A DNA stretch of 63,478 bases, the filler included. It is 6 parts of 6 records of this genome, joined end to end, with 100 filler letters (N's around TTAATTAATTAA, not from the genome) between each part and the next. Parts side by side here need not be neighbours in the genome. Positions count along the whole stretch, not along the records: positions 1 to 14,638 come from SRR20825006_1874; 5 more parts are not named here. The stretch is one strand, 5' to 3'. This document shows positions 1 through 10,295 of the stretch, piece after piece. The first letter of the stretch is position 1. Every line of letters starts with the position of its first letter. A program made the position numbers and the translations under genes. The notes beneath the pieces are model-generated. The model ran no database searches. It saw only the letters and a program-made list of their open reading frames with translations, and had not been told where the DNA came from.

Positions 1-39
1 GATGTGTGGCACGAAAACGCTGGAAGCCTATGCCACAGG

Positions 40-1023
40 CTAGGACTTGATGCCGATGTTGAGGTAGGCGTGGACGTGGGGGGCGCCGCGGAAGTGCCAG
101 ACCATTGATGGACCTTCGACTCGCCAGATGTCCCAGACGCGATCGTTGTCGACGTCTTCTTGTTGATAGAAAGCCATGTGCAGTTGGTCGATGCCTCCGC
201 TGCTGTTTAGGATCTCCAGCACTTCCTTCGAATCGTTTTCGCGATACGGGGCGAGCAACATCTTCAGAGTCGACTCGACCAGTTCCTTTTGATCGCTGGA
301 AAGTTGATCGACGCCAATGCCGGGGAAGTGACCGCTCTCGCCTTTCAATTGCACCGCGGTTTCACTGGGGGCCTTCTTTTGCAACGCCAGCTTGGCTTGG
401 TCGGCGTCCAAGGCTTGGAAAACCTTGTTGGCTTGCAACGTCTGCTGAAAGAAGGGGCTGTCGGGGAGATATTCCTCGCCGTGACCGTAAACGACGGGTC
501 CGCCAAATGCGATTTTGTCGAGTCGATTTCCGTCGGCTCGCATCGTCACGTGTCGACCAGTCAATTCGAATTGGAACTGGTCGGTTCCCGGTTCGCCGAA
601 CAACGCGAAACTGTAGCTTTCCAAACCGCCGTCATCGTATTCCATTTGTTCGATCAAACGATCGTAACCATCTTTGGATGTGATGTTGCGAACGATTTGA
701 TCGACCAACGTCTTTTGTTTCTGTGAAAACAAATCGTCGCCGATGGTCGTTTTGCTGACGTGCCAGTTCGGATTGATTTTCAAGCGGTCCGCATGATCGA
801 ACGGTCGCCAAACAGCGGTTTTCTGCTTGTCGGATAAGGAAGCGTACAATTCCCCCACGTAGGTTTCTGCCGACGCGGTGGGCGAACCCGCGGCATGAGC
901 AAAGCGGGCGTCGAAGAGGTTGGTCGTCGCGACACCGGCGGCGATGGCTCCTCCCAGTTTGACGAAGTCTCGTCGGGCAACGCGTTGGCCATCAGGACGT
1001 TGGGCGTTCATCGGAAAGCTCAT
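40..1023 (-). CDS. Tat-exported DUF3500-like protein
   Basis: 327-aa ORF; N-terminal twin-arginine signal (RRDFVK...AHA); C-terminal WRVEGPS.VWHF...HVHAY resembles DUF3500 family; start could be a few codons downstream. Confidence 0.7.
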   Translation of the reverse strand: MSFPMNAQRPDGQRVARRDFVKLGGAIAAGVATTNLFDARFAHAAGSPTASAETYVGELYASLSDKQKTAVWRPFDHADRLKINPNWHVSKTTIGDDLFSQKQKTLVDQIVRNITSKDGYDRLIEQMEYDDGGLESYSFALFGEPGTDQFQFELTGRHVTMRADGNRLDKIAFGGPVVYGHGEEYLPDSPFFQQTLQANKVFQALDADQAKLALQKKAPSETAVQLKGESGHFPGIGVDQLSSDQKELVESTLKMLLAPYRENDSKEVLEILNSSGGIDQLHMAFYQQEDVDNDRVWDIWRVEGPSMVWHFRGAPHVHAYLNIGIKS

Positions 1024-1156
1024 GAGGGTTGGGGGGAAGGCAGGCGGGGACCGTCTGTGTCAAACGGCCGCTTTCGATTCTACCAAATTCAACCCCGACA
1101 AACACAAATTGGATCGTTCCGGACGCACCCTTGTCGAACTCCGAAAGTTGCCGAAC

Positions 1157-4045
1157 TCAGTTTGTCGTTGATTGTGGCCAATCTTCGATTTCGTCGATGG
1201 CCTTCATGACTTGAGGAAGGATGGTTCCGGTCACTCGCGACAGACGAGCGGTGACACGGGTGTTGAACAGCAACGCAACGTTCTTTCCATCCGAACGACG
1301 AACGAGAATCGTGTTGGTCCCGGGGAGTGAACCGCCATGGGAAGCAGTCAATTCGCCAGATTCGTCGGTGACGACTGACCATCCCTGTCCGTAATACTTG
1401 GACTTGGGGTCTCCGTTCTTTTTGTGTCCCGCCAACCCGTCCGGCCGAGCGAACATGTCGGTGATTCTGGCCGACGACAGCAGCGGGCTGTTCTCGGGAT
1501 CATCAAAGGCGCTGGCGAAGCGAGCCAGATCACTGGCCGATGCAATCCACGCTCCGTGTGAATCCATCGCTTCCAGGTGCCAAGCCCCATACGTCTGCGG
1601 CACACGCGAATTCAAGTCGTTGGCGAAGACGGAGTCACCTTGGTGCGGATCGTAGTAACGGACCTCGTTTGGTTTGCGACCATCCAAGCGAGTCGCACCG
1701 ATAGACATCGATGTCACGCCGATCGGTTGCAGAACGTGTTGTTGGACAAAGTCTTCGTAGGCTTCGCCGCTGATCTTCTCGATGACTCGGCCGAGCAAAC
1801 AGTAGCCGTAATTGGAATACGCGTATCTCTCGCCGGGATCAAAGTCGAGCGGTTTGCCTCGCATGACACGGATGATGGTGTCGGGCGTTGCCGGGTGGGA
1901 TGCACCGAGAGCGTTTGCAAATTGGGTGGAGCGGAACATGGCGTCGAACGATTGGTCTCGGTCCCAACCACCCCGGTGCTGCAACAGATGTTCAATTGTG
2001 ATTTGGTCCTGTCGCTCATCGATCTTGGAGCCCTCTTCGACATGAGGCTCATGGTCGAGGATTTCGAAGACTTTGTCGTCGAGTGACAACTTGCCTTGAT
2101 CAACCAACTGCAAGATCGCGACGGCGGTGATCGGTTTGGAAATGCTGGCAATCCGAAACAGACTTTCAGGCGTCACCGGCTCACGCTGTCCCACATCGGC
2201 ATAGCCAAACCCACGTGCGTACACGACGTTGCTTTTGTCGGTGATCGCCAATGAAGCACCTGGGATACGATGCTCGCGGAGGAAAGACTGCATCACCGCA
2301 TCGACTTCGCGAAACGCCGGTTGGTCTTCTCCGGTGATGATTGCATGCGGCGCGGTGGCGGGATCGAAACCGGGGCCGCGGAGGACTTTGCCGGGACGTT
2401 TCCCCGTGAATTTTCCATCCTCGAGCACGGGGATTCCGTTGACGACCACATGTTTCATTCCAACCGACTCAGCGTGCGGGTTTTCGAAGTCGGCTCGATC
2501 GGCGAGTTCGTTGAAATCGAAAACGATCACATCGGCGGCCAGTCCTTCGGCAATTCGGCCGCGGTCATAAACCATCACGGCGTTGGCCGCGGCGGCGCTG
2601 GCTTGCGAGATGGCTTGTTCCATCGAGATCGCGCCAAGGTCGCGAACATATCGCGACAACATCCGTGGGAACGCTCCGTAAGAACGTGGGTGTGATGCAC
2701 CTCGATTGCCACCGGCGGGACCGACATCTGTGCAGAACGAAACGAACTCTTGTTGCATCGCCAAAATTTTGTTCGCGTCGCTCATCGTTTCGGGCAGTGC
2801 AAACGTGGACGCATTGCAAAGTCCAAAGAATGTGTCCCAAGCATCTTCTCCCGTTGCTTTGGCGATCGCGGCAACCGACTGACCGGTGTACTCGCGGTAA
2901 CGAGGTTCTGTGGTTTGGCCGATGATGATGCGGTTCCAATCCGATCCCGCGTGGCGAAACCAATTTTCCCAACCGCCGGTGGATTCGATTTCCTCGCGAA
3001 CTTCGGCGCGAAGCTCTTCGTCGTTGGCCAAACGATTGAGGAACTTCGCTCGTCCCTCACCAAAGTGTCTCGGATGGATCAATGCATCGATTCCTAAACC
3101 GTTGTTGATGTAAGGGTAGATGTCCGCGGTGACTTGATGACCTTCGCTGCGAGCGGCCTTGATTCGGGCGATCGCCAATTGCATCTTGCCCCAGTTCTGA
3201 CGTCCGGCGGCCTTCAAGTGAAAGATGTGAACGGGGGTGTTGCCGATGCGACCGATTTCCAAGGCTTCGTCGATTGCTTCAAGAAGCTGATCACCTTCGT
3301 TACGCATGTGTGTGTAGTAACGTCCGCCGTGTTCGCCGGCGACTCCGGCCAAGGCACCGATTTCGTCGGTCGATGCGTAAACGGCCGGCGGATAGATCAG
3401 CGCGGTGGAGACTCCAATCGCACCAGAACGCATGGCTTCGCGAACGTGTTCCTTCATTGCCTCCAGTTCATCGTCGCTGGGACGCCGGTCGTCTTCGCCC
3501 ATTACCAACCGGCGGACTTGGGTGTGCCCAATGGTCTGCACGGTGTTGACGGGCATGCCTTTCAGGTCCAGCAACTGAAAGTACTCCGCCATGTTTTGCC
3601 AGCCGACCGATTTCGCGTCACGATCTGAAACCGGCGCGGCGGACGATCCTTCGCCCGCGTTGATGGTCGTGATGCCTTGGGTCAGCAGGTTCATTGCCGT
3701 GGAAGGATTCCGCAGCATCGGCGTGGCGGTTTGGCCCATCATGTCGATGAAGCCCGGAGCGACGATCAACCCTTCGGCATCGATCGTGTCGACCGCGGAC
3801 GCCGGATCGATGCGGCCGATGTGGGTGATCTTGCCATCGGTGATTCCGACATCGGCTTCGTACCAAGGGGCTCCCGTGCCATCGACGACGTGCCCGTTCA
3901 GAATCGCGAGATCAAACGTGGGCTTGTTTGATTTGGTCTCGGCGTCAGTGTCGGTTGCAAAGGTTGCCGATGATGTCAGCCAAACAACCAAGAAACAAAC
4001 GACCACAGATCGGCGCGGCGCAACGTCAGAGGGCTTCTTCCACAC
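1157..4045 (-). CDS. Secreted N-acyl-D-amino-acid deacylase (amidohydrolase) fused to beta-lactamase-family serine hydrolase
   Basis: Signal peptide; amidohydrolase motifs VVDGTG, APGFID, THMRNE, FHLK, HPRSYGAFPR, GLAADVIVFD; C-terminal half has FRIASISK (SxxK), YAYSNYGY (YxN), HGGSLPG. Confidence 0.88.
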   Translation of the reverse strand: MWKKPSDVAPRRSVVVCFLVVWLTSSATFATDTDAETKSNKPTFDLAILNGHVVDGTGAPWYEADVGITDGKITHIGRIDPASAVDTIDAEGLIVAPGFIDMMGQTATPMLRNPSTAMNLLTQGITTINAGEGSSAAPVSDRDAKSVGWQNMAEYFQLLDLKGMPVNTVQTIGHTQVRRLVMGEDDRRPSDDELEAMKEHVREAMRSGAIGVSTALIYPPAVYASTDEIGALAGVAGEHGGRYYTHMRNEGDQLLEAIDEALEIGRIGNTPVHIFHLKAAGRQNWGKMQLAIARIKAARSEGHQVTADIYPYINNGLGIDALIHPRHFGEGRAKFLNRLANDEELRAEVREEIESTGGWENWFRHAGSDWNRIIIGQTTEPRYREYTGQSVAAIAKATGEDAWDTFFGLCNASTFALPETMSDANKILAMQQEFVSFCTDVGPAGGNRGASHPRSYGAFPRMLSRYVRDLGAISMEQAISQASAAAANAVMVYDRGRIAEGLAADVIVFDFNELADRADFENPHAESVGMKHVVVNGIPVLEDGKFTGKRPGKVLRGPGFDPATAPHAIITGEDQPAFREVDAVMQSFLREHRIPGASLAITDKSNVVYARGFGYADVGQREPVTPESLFRIASISKPITAVAILQLVDQGKLSLDDKVFEILDHEPHVEEGSKIDERQDQITIEHLLQHRGGWDRDQSFDAMFRSTQFANALGASHPATPDTIIRVMRGKPLDFDPGERYAYSNYGYCLLGRVIEKISGEAYEDFVQQHVLQPIGVTSMSIGATRLDGRKPNEVRYYDPHQGDSVFANDLNSRVPQTYGAWHLEAMDSHGAWIASASDLARFASAFDDPENSPLLSSARITDMFARPDGLAGHKKNGDPKSKYYGQGWSVVTDESGELTASHGGSLPGTNTILVRRSDGKNVALLFNTRVTARLSRVTGTILPQVMKAIDEIEDWPQSTTN

Positions 4046-4674
4046 AGGATTGACTCAGCAGGCGGGGAGGGGCAGGCGGGACATCGATCCGAACCGACGA
4101 CGCGGAACGAATCAAATTGCAGCCACCAGCTTAACTGATCCGAGAGGGTGACTCGGCATTCCGCAATCGTTGCCGGATGGGGGTGGGTCAGGGAATCAAT
4201 TCTGCACCGGTTGACAATTCAGTGCCGAGTCACAGGGTCCTTTCCGCGACGGTGGGTTTGTTTGTCTCGAATGGGTGGAGTCAAAGCGAGTGCAGTGTTT
4301 CTTTTTCTTGCCTAAATTCTCACCGTAGCCAAGATTGACACCGGGATTTGCTAGTAAATGCGCAGCACACACGTCCCAGAACGCAAATCATTTTCGCGGC
4401 ACCCGTGGAAGGGGGGTTCGATCTCTCTTGGCAACCTGTAACGATAGGGCATCTTGAGAAGTTTTGGAGTCCCGCCATCCATGACGATTGTGCGGTAAGC
4501 AAGGATGCCCCCCTGACGAATTTTGACCTGTCGTCAAAGAAACGCCATCATGCTTTCCATCCACCTAGCAGAGTTATATGCTAGGACGAAAGACGACCCA
4601 AACTCACTATCCTGCCCCGGCGAGCCAAACAGTTTTCGAGTTGCCCACCTGATCGGCCATCCGCCCGAGACCGT

Positions 4675-7020
4675 ATGTTACGCAAATCAGAGATCACTGA
4701 TTCCACGACCCGCGAGCCCAATGAGACGCGATGGAAATCGCTCGCTCATTTGCTCGTTGATCGTGCCGCGCGGCATCCCGATCGTCCGGCGCTGACGTTT
4801 TTGCCCGACGATTCGTTGGACGGGGCGGAGGAACCGCAGACGCTGACATACGCCGAATTGCATCGTCGTGTCTGTGCGGTCGCGAATCGTCTGTTGCGTG
4901 ATACGGGGGCGACGGCTGGCGATCGAGCGATGTTGCTGTTCCCGCCTGGTTTGGAATTCATGGTCGGGTTCATGGCCTGCGAGATGGCTCGGTTGATTCC
5001 GGTTCCGACCAGCTATCCAAAACCCGGACGTGCGATGCCACGTTTGGATACCTCCGTCGCGGATTGTCGTCCTTCCGTCTTGATCAGCGATCAAGAAACC
5101 ATCGCGGGCATCGATCCGCATCGTGTGTCGCCCGAGACCGCGGCGCTGCCCAAGATCGCGACAGATGCTTCGGTCGAAGAAGATCTGACAACGATCGACA
5201 TCTCGGAAGATGCACTGCCGCTGGGCGAAATTGAATCCACCGACCTGGCGTTGCTGCAATACACCAGTGGATCCACAAGCGATCCAAAGGGAGTGATGGT
5301 TTCGCACGCCAATTTGCTAAGCAACCTGGAATCCATCCGTCATGCATTCGGAATTGAATGGTCCGATGACGATGGGGACAACTTTGAACGTGGTTTGTTC
5401 TGGTTGCCACCCTTTCACGACATGGGATTGATTGGCGGAATCCTTGAACCGTTGTATGTCGGTGGTCACGCGATTTTGATGTCGCCGCGGTCTTTTCTCG
5501 CTCGGCCAATGCGTTGGCTTCGAGCGATCTCGGATTACAAAGCCACCATCAGCGGCGCCCCCAATTTTGCGTATCAACTGTGTGTTGATCGAGTCGACTT
5601 GGCTCAAGCCGAGTCGCTTGATTTGAGCGGTTGGGAGCTGGCGTTTTGTGGTGCCGAACCAATCAACGCGGACACGTTGCAGCAGTTCACCGATCGATTC
5701 TCCGACGCTGGTTTTCGCGGCGAAACGTTTTGCCCGTGTTACGGATTGGCCGAAGCGACATTGATGGCGGCGAGCTGCCGGTCTGGGCAAGCACCCAGTT
5801 TGCTGGACGTTGACAAAGATGAATTGGCTCATGGTCGTGGACGCGTTATCCGCCAGACCATGCTTGGCAAAACTTTGCCGGACGATGCATCGATCGCGAA
5901 ACCCGATCCCGCGACCTCACGTCAATTGGTGAGCTCGGGAAGTCCCGCTCACTCAATGACCGTGTTGGTCGTCGATCCAGAAACAAAACGCGAACGTCCC
6001 GACGGCGAGATTGGCGAAATCTGGTTGGCTGGGCCATCGGTGACCTCAGGTTATTGGAAACGCGAAACCGTCAACGCGGAAGTCTTCGGTGCGACTCTCG
6101 CAGACGGAGATCCGGCGGAGAAATTTCTGCGAACCGGCGATTTGGGATTCATCCACGACGGCGAAGTCTACGTGACCGGACGTAGCAAAGACGTGGTGAT
6201 TCTGCGTGGTCGAAACCTGTTCCCGCAAGACATCGAGGCCACGGTCAAAGGTTTGCTGCAAGCGAACGTATTGCAGTGTGCTGCTGTCGCAACGACCGGA
6301 CGGACCGGGGATGCTTTGACGGTCGCCGCCGAAGTTTCGCGACATGTCGATTCAGAAGAGTTGCCTGACATCGTGCGTCACATTCGACGGGCGATCATTG
6401 ATGATCATGAAGTCGACGCTCGCCAAGTGTTGATCACGCGGCCGGGCGGGATCCCACTGACGACCAGCGGCAAAGTCCAGCGACAACAATGTCGTGCGAT
6501 GATCGAAGCCGGCGAATTGTCGGCACGTTACCAGTGGTCACGCAATCGATTCATCGACGATTCGGAATCTGTCGCCCTGCCCGAATTGCCGACTCGCGTG
6601 ACTCGGGAAGAGATTCCAGAGGCAACCGAACAAATCACCGCTTGGTTGCTGGCTTGGTTGTCGGGGCACAGTGGCGAACAAATTCATGAGGACGGTGAAC
6701 GACCGGTCCGCAACGCTTCGCTGACACCGGAAACTCCGTTCGCAGAAACCGGCATGGATTCGTTGACGGCGGTGGAGCTGAGTAGCGAACTGGAGGACTG
6801 GTTGGGCATCGAGCTGACACCTGTGTTGGCGTTCAACTATCCGACTTCAGCACGTTTGGCGGCGTATTTGGCGGAGACGTTGGCCGGTGGTCCCGAACAA
6901 GATTCCGCTGCGAATGAGTTTGGTGCTTCGGAAGGCGACATTCAGTCGGATATCGAAGCGTCGGATTTGTCGCCCGAAGAGTTGGAAGCTTTGTTGAGCG
7001 AAATCGAAAACGAATCGTAG
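4675..7020 (+). CDS. Fatty acyl-AMP ligase (FAAL) fused to acyl carrier protein
   Basis: LQYTSGSTSDPKGV, WLPPFHDMGLIG, PCYGLAEATL followed by FAAL-type insertion, FLRTGDLGF, TTSGKVQR; ACP motif GMDSLTAVEL...FNYPT. Confidence 0.9.
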   Translation: MLRKSEITDSTTREPNETRWKSLAHLLVDRAARHPDRPALTFLPDDSLDGAEEPQTLTYAELHRRVCAVANRLLRDTGATAGDRAMLLFPPGLEFMVGFMACEMARLIPVPTSYPKPGRAMPRLDTSVADCRPSVLISDQETIAGIDPHRVSPETAALPKIATDASVEEDLTTIDISEDALPLGEIESTDLALLQYTSGSTSDPKGVMVSHANLLSNLESIRHAFGIEWSDDDGDNFERGLFWLPPFHDMGLIGGILEPLYVGGHAILMSPRSFLARPMRWLRAISDYKATISGAPNFAYQLCVDRVDLAQAESLDLSGWELAFCGAEPINADTLQQFTDRFSDAGFRGETFCPCYGLAEATLMAASCRSGQAPSLLDVDKDELAHGRGRVIRQTMLGKTLPDDASIAKPDPATSRQLVSSGSPAHSMTVLVVDPETKRERPDGEIGEIWLAGPSVTSGYWKRETVNAEVFGATLADGDPAEKFLRTGDLGFIHDGEVYVTGRSKDVVILRGRNLFPQDIEATVKGLLQANVLQCAAVATTGRTGDALTVAAEVSRHVDSEELPDIVRHIRRAIIDDHEVDARQVLITRPGGIPLTTSGKVQRQQCRAMIEAGELSARYQWSRNRFIDDSESVALPELPTRVTREEIPEATEQITAWLLAWLSGHSGEQIHEDGERPVRNASLTPETPFAETGMDSLTAVELSSELEDWLGIELTPVLAFNYPTSARLAAYLAETLAGGPEQDSAANEFGASEGDIQSDIEASDLSPEELEALLSEIENES

Positions 7021-7138
7021 TCGATGGAAGTTTTCAACCGAGTCGAACATTTGTCCCCAAATGTTTGCGTGCGTGGTGCACGTTGAGCGGTTGGTGTTGA
7101 GTGTTCGGCGAGGGTAGTGTGACCTCGCGTTTCACCTT

Positions 7139-7160
7139 GCCAGGTGGAACCTGGCCTACG
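7139..7160. repeat. REP-like hairpin between convergent genes
   Basis: GCCAGGT-GGA-ACCTGGC (7-bp stem) followed by CTACG (CGTAG on minus strand); overlaps the stop codon of the minus-strand gene. Confidence 0.5.
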
Positions 7161-8568
7161 GGATGGGTTGTGGTTTTGGACAACATCGACTGACAATCGT
7201 GACTGCAATCCAGACAGGCAGCCAAACCGCAGCGGCGTCTGAAAAGCGTCCGATCGGCGGGCTTGTCAGTGACACAAACGCAATTTTGAACAGCCAGTAG
7301 CTGAATGCCAACCAAGTCAGCGCGGCCAGTCCAGCTTGGTTGGATGTGTACTTGCGAACTGGATCGGTCGTCTGCTTTTCATTGAAACGGACCGACGCGA
7401 CACAGGCGGCGACAGCCAGTCCCATGGCCGCGACAAAAAAGATCGGATGCATCAGCATGTCCGCGACGGATCCCCAGACTCCCCGTCGGATCGCCAACGC
7501 AATCCAGCGCATATACCGAACCGGATAGCTGCGAACGATCGTGCGGTCGAGTTCCGCAAGCATCTGGTGCTGGTGGACTCGTTGCATTCCAGGTGCTAGG
7601 TCGTCAACTTCCAACGTTCGATTCGCGACGTTTTCGGCGGCGGGGATCACCACCATGTAGGTCATCGCGTCCCATCGATTTTCGATCGTCGTGTACGAGT
7701 TCGCTCGTGGTACCGCGTCCGCAATCGGGCGAAGGTTCAAACCGTCGGCGGCAGCACGGTCACCGGCTGCCATTTCAATGCGACGGTCGGCAATCTCTTT
7801 TCCAAGCTCACCCAGGCGGCCAGTTAGGTTCTCGAGTTCTTCGGCGTCGAGCAATTGGGTTGTCACAGCGGCCATGTTTTGGTGGCCAAAGGGAAGAATG
7901 CCAAAGTCGTCCACCGTGATGGATCGAAAGGTGCACCATCCAAACAGAGCGAGGATGGGGATGGATCCGATTGAGAGTGCTTGGATCCAGCGATTTGAGA
8001 AGGTGATGTTCGGACGGATGAAAACGCTGAGCATCAACCAGGGGATCAGGAACAGATACGCCGGGCGGAGGGCGATGACCAAGGTGGTCAGGACACCTAT
8101 TGCGATGCAAAGTCTTGGTGTCCATTCAGTTCGCCAAATTCGCAGGACGCCGATTCCGATCATGGCGGCCAGCGACATCGCGGGCGCATCGGTTGCGATT
8201 GTGTTGACGTGATCCCAAAACGTGCAACCAATCGCGAAAGCGATCGACGCGATGACGATTGTTTTGGTTGAGAACTTCCAGGCGGCGAGCTCGATCGCTA
8301 AAAAGCCAACCGCGATGGCTTGCAATGCAATGTGAAGAATCACCAATGCTTGGTTTGCATTGGAACTCGCCAGACCATTCGCGAATCGAACCAAGATCGG
8401 GTAACCCGGCGTTCGAATCTGAGTCGCGATCGCTTCGGCGGACTCAAATGAGTATTCGGTGTAGCTGGGTGAATCGGGCACCAAATGAGGTGCGAACCGA
8501 TTCGTCGCCCAACATGTCCCCATCAGGATGATGAACGCAACGAGCGATATCAAAGCGAAGTGTTTCAT
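7156..8568 (-). CDS. Polytopic membrane protein, possible GT-C glycosyltransferase
   Basis: 470 aa, about 10 hydrophobic segments; first-loop PDSPSY...RTPGYP and later LRP motif resemble PMT/ArnT-like GT-C proteins. Confidence 0.55.
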   Translation of the reverse strand: MKHFALISLVAFIILMGTCWATNRFAPHLVPDSPSYTEYSFESAEAIATQIRTPGYPILVRFANGLASSNANQALVILHIALQAIAVGFLAIELAAWKFSTKTIVIASIAFAIGCTFWDHVNTIATDAPAMSLAAMIGIGVLRIWRTEWTPRLCIAIGVLTTLVIALRPAYLFLIPWLMLSVFIRPNITFSNRWIQALSIGSIPILALFGWCTFRSITVDDFGILPFGHQNMAAVTTQLLDAEELENLTGRLGELGKEIADRRIEMAAGDRAAADGLNLRPIADAVPRANSYTTIENRWDAMTYMVVIPAAENVANRTLEVDDLAPGMQRVHQHQMLAELDRTIVRSYPVRYMRWIALAIRRGVWGSVADMLMHPIFFVAAMGLAVAACVASVRFNEKQTTDPVRKYTSNQAGLAALTWLAFSYWLFKIAFVSLTSPPIGRFSDAAAVWLPVWIAVTIVSRCCPKPQPIP

Positions 8569-8697
8569 ACCGACCAGCTTAACCTGCCAGCGGATGAACG
8601 CGACAAGCCCTCATTGCCTCACTTCCGCCGAGCATGGTCTGATTCGTTTGAATGTGGACTTGCCTGCGAATTGGAGCTGCGACCTGTCCCATCCATT

Positions 8698-8723
8698 CCA
8701 AATTTTTGGCGAATCCGGCTGCG
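8698..8723 (-). repeat. Intergenic REP-like repeat, copy 1
   Basis: Reverse complement CGCAGCCGGATTCGCCAAAAATTTGG matches 14573-14598 at 23/26 positions. Confidence 0.6.
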
Positions 8724-8805
8724 TTTTGCCTGGCCAATGGAAGCGACGGTTCTGGTCTGACGCCGATTCCCACCGACACTCCCCTTCCTCTCCATCGTTT
8801 CCTTC

Positions 8806-10209
8806 ATGATCTCCGCGCTCAAGGAAGTTCTTCGCGTTGCGGTTCCGTTGATGGTCAGCACCGGCATGTTTTCGCTGGTTCTGTTCGTCGACCGAACGTT
8901 GCTGCTATGGCACGAGCCTTCTCAAATGGGCGCTGCGATGGCGGCTGGAAACTTGTTTTGGGTTTCCGTCTGCGTTTTCGTCGGCATCGCGTCGATGACC
9001 AGTGCGATTATCAGTCAATACATTGGAGCGGATCAGCCTAAACGAGTGGGCCAGCTGCTGTGGCAAGCGACTTGGTTTTCCGCGGCAACGTTGCCGTGGT
9101 TCGTTCTGGTGGGCAGCTTTGGTGAGTCGTTGTTTCGATTGACGGACCAGCCCGAGCATCTGATTCCGATGCAGGCCGCTTACTTTGGCATATTGATGTG
9201 GGGTGGTGCCGGCGAAGTTTTGCAGACGGCTCTATCGGGTTTCTACAGCGGAACTCACCGGACTCGAACGATCATGTTGGTGTCGCTCGCCTCTGGTGTG
9301 CTGAACTTATTGCTGGACCTCGTGTTGATTTTCGGTGTTGGCTCGGCGGACCCCGAGACCGGATTGCGATTCCTCGAACTCGGCATCGCTGGAGCGGCGA
9401 TCGCGAGCACGCTGTCGTTTTGGTTCAAAGCGGTCTGTTATGCCGTGTTGCTGATGAAGCCTATCGAACGGGAACGGTACGGGATCCTGCGTGGTATCCG
9501 GTTGAACCGTCGAATGATGAAACGCCTGATTTACTTCGGGTTGCCCGCTGGTTTGATGTATGTGACCGAAGCGGGCGGTTTCACCGTCATCGTTTTGCAA
9601 ATTGGTCGACTTGGCGACGTTCCACTGCAAGCCACTACGATGGCTATCAATTTCAACATGATCGCTTTCATTCCTTTGGTCGGCATGTCGATCGCCGCGT
9701 CGGTTCTGGTTGGTCAGCATTTGATTCGGACTGGCCCCGGTCCCGCGATTCGTTGCGTGATCGCGGCGTTGGTTGTCGGTTGGGCATATTCGTTGGCATG
9801 GGCGATCGCATACGTCTTTGCACCGGGCGGCTTGATCGCGCTGTATTCGCTGTCGCCAACGGGAGTGGACAGTGAGGTCGCTTTCGAAATTGCTGAAAAA
9901 CTGCTGGGCTTTGTCGCGATCTACGTGATTCTGGATGCCACTCAGTTGATTCTCGCGGGAGCCCTCCGCGGTGCAGGTGACACCTGGTTCGTGCTTTTGG
10001 CGGGACTGTTTGTGTCCGCCGTGGCCGTTGTCGTGGGGACGGTGTGGCAACCTGTCGCGGCTCGTTTTCAGGACCCGGATGGGCAAGCTGCGGCGTTAGT
10101 GGCGTTGGATTGGTGGTGGTGGGTGATTACGGGTTGGGTCTGCACCCTCGCAATCGTCATGGCCGGCCGTTTTTTGCAGGGCAAATGGCAGCGGATGCGG
10201 ATGGTTTGA
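8806..10209 (+). CDS. MATE family efflux transporter
   Basis: 467 aa, about 12 TM; VAVPLMVS, GQHL, ELGIAGAAIAS, GALRGAGDT motifs. Confidence 0.9.
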   Translation: MISALKEVLRVAVPLMVSTGMFSLVLFVDRTLLLWHEPSQMGAAMAAGNLFWVSVCVFVGIASMTSAIISQYIGADQPKRVGQLLWQATWFSAATLPWFVLVGSFGESLFRLTDQPEHLIPMQAAYFGILMWGGAGEVLQTALSGFYSGTHRTRTIMLVSLASGVLNLLLDLVLIFGVGSADPETGLRFLELGIAGAAIASTLSFWFKAVCYAVLLMKPIERERYGILRGIRLNRRMMKRLIYFGLPAGLMYVTEAGGFTVIVLQIGRLGDVPLQATTMAINFNMIAFIPLVGMSIAASVLVGQHLIRTGPGPAIRCVIAALVVGWAYSLAWAIAYVFAPGGLIALYSLSPTGVDSEVAFEIAEKLLGFVAIYVILDATQLILAGALRGAGDTWFVLLAGLFVSAVAVVVGTVWQPVAARFQDPDGQAAALVALDWWWWVITGWVCTLAIVMAGRFLQGKWQRMRMV

Positions 10210-10295
10210 TTCCACCACTACGGTTTTCCGAGACGCATTGCTAAACTGTTGGCCGCTCAGCACTTTTCGGCAATTCGACAACAGGAAACCATGCA

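Noticed and set aside
4046-4674. 630-bp divergent intergenic region as an ncRNA or small ORFs
   Set aside because: No recognisable RNA family motif or convincing ORF by eye; a covariance-model search would be needed
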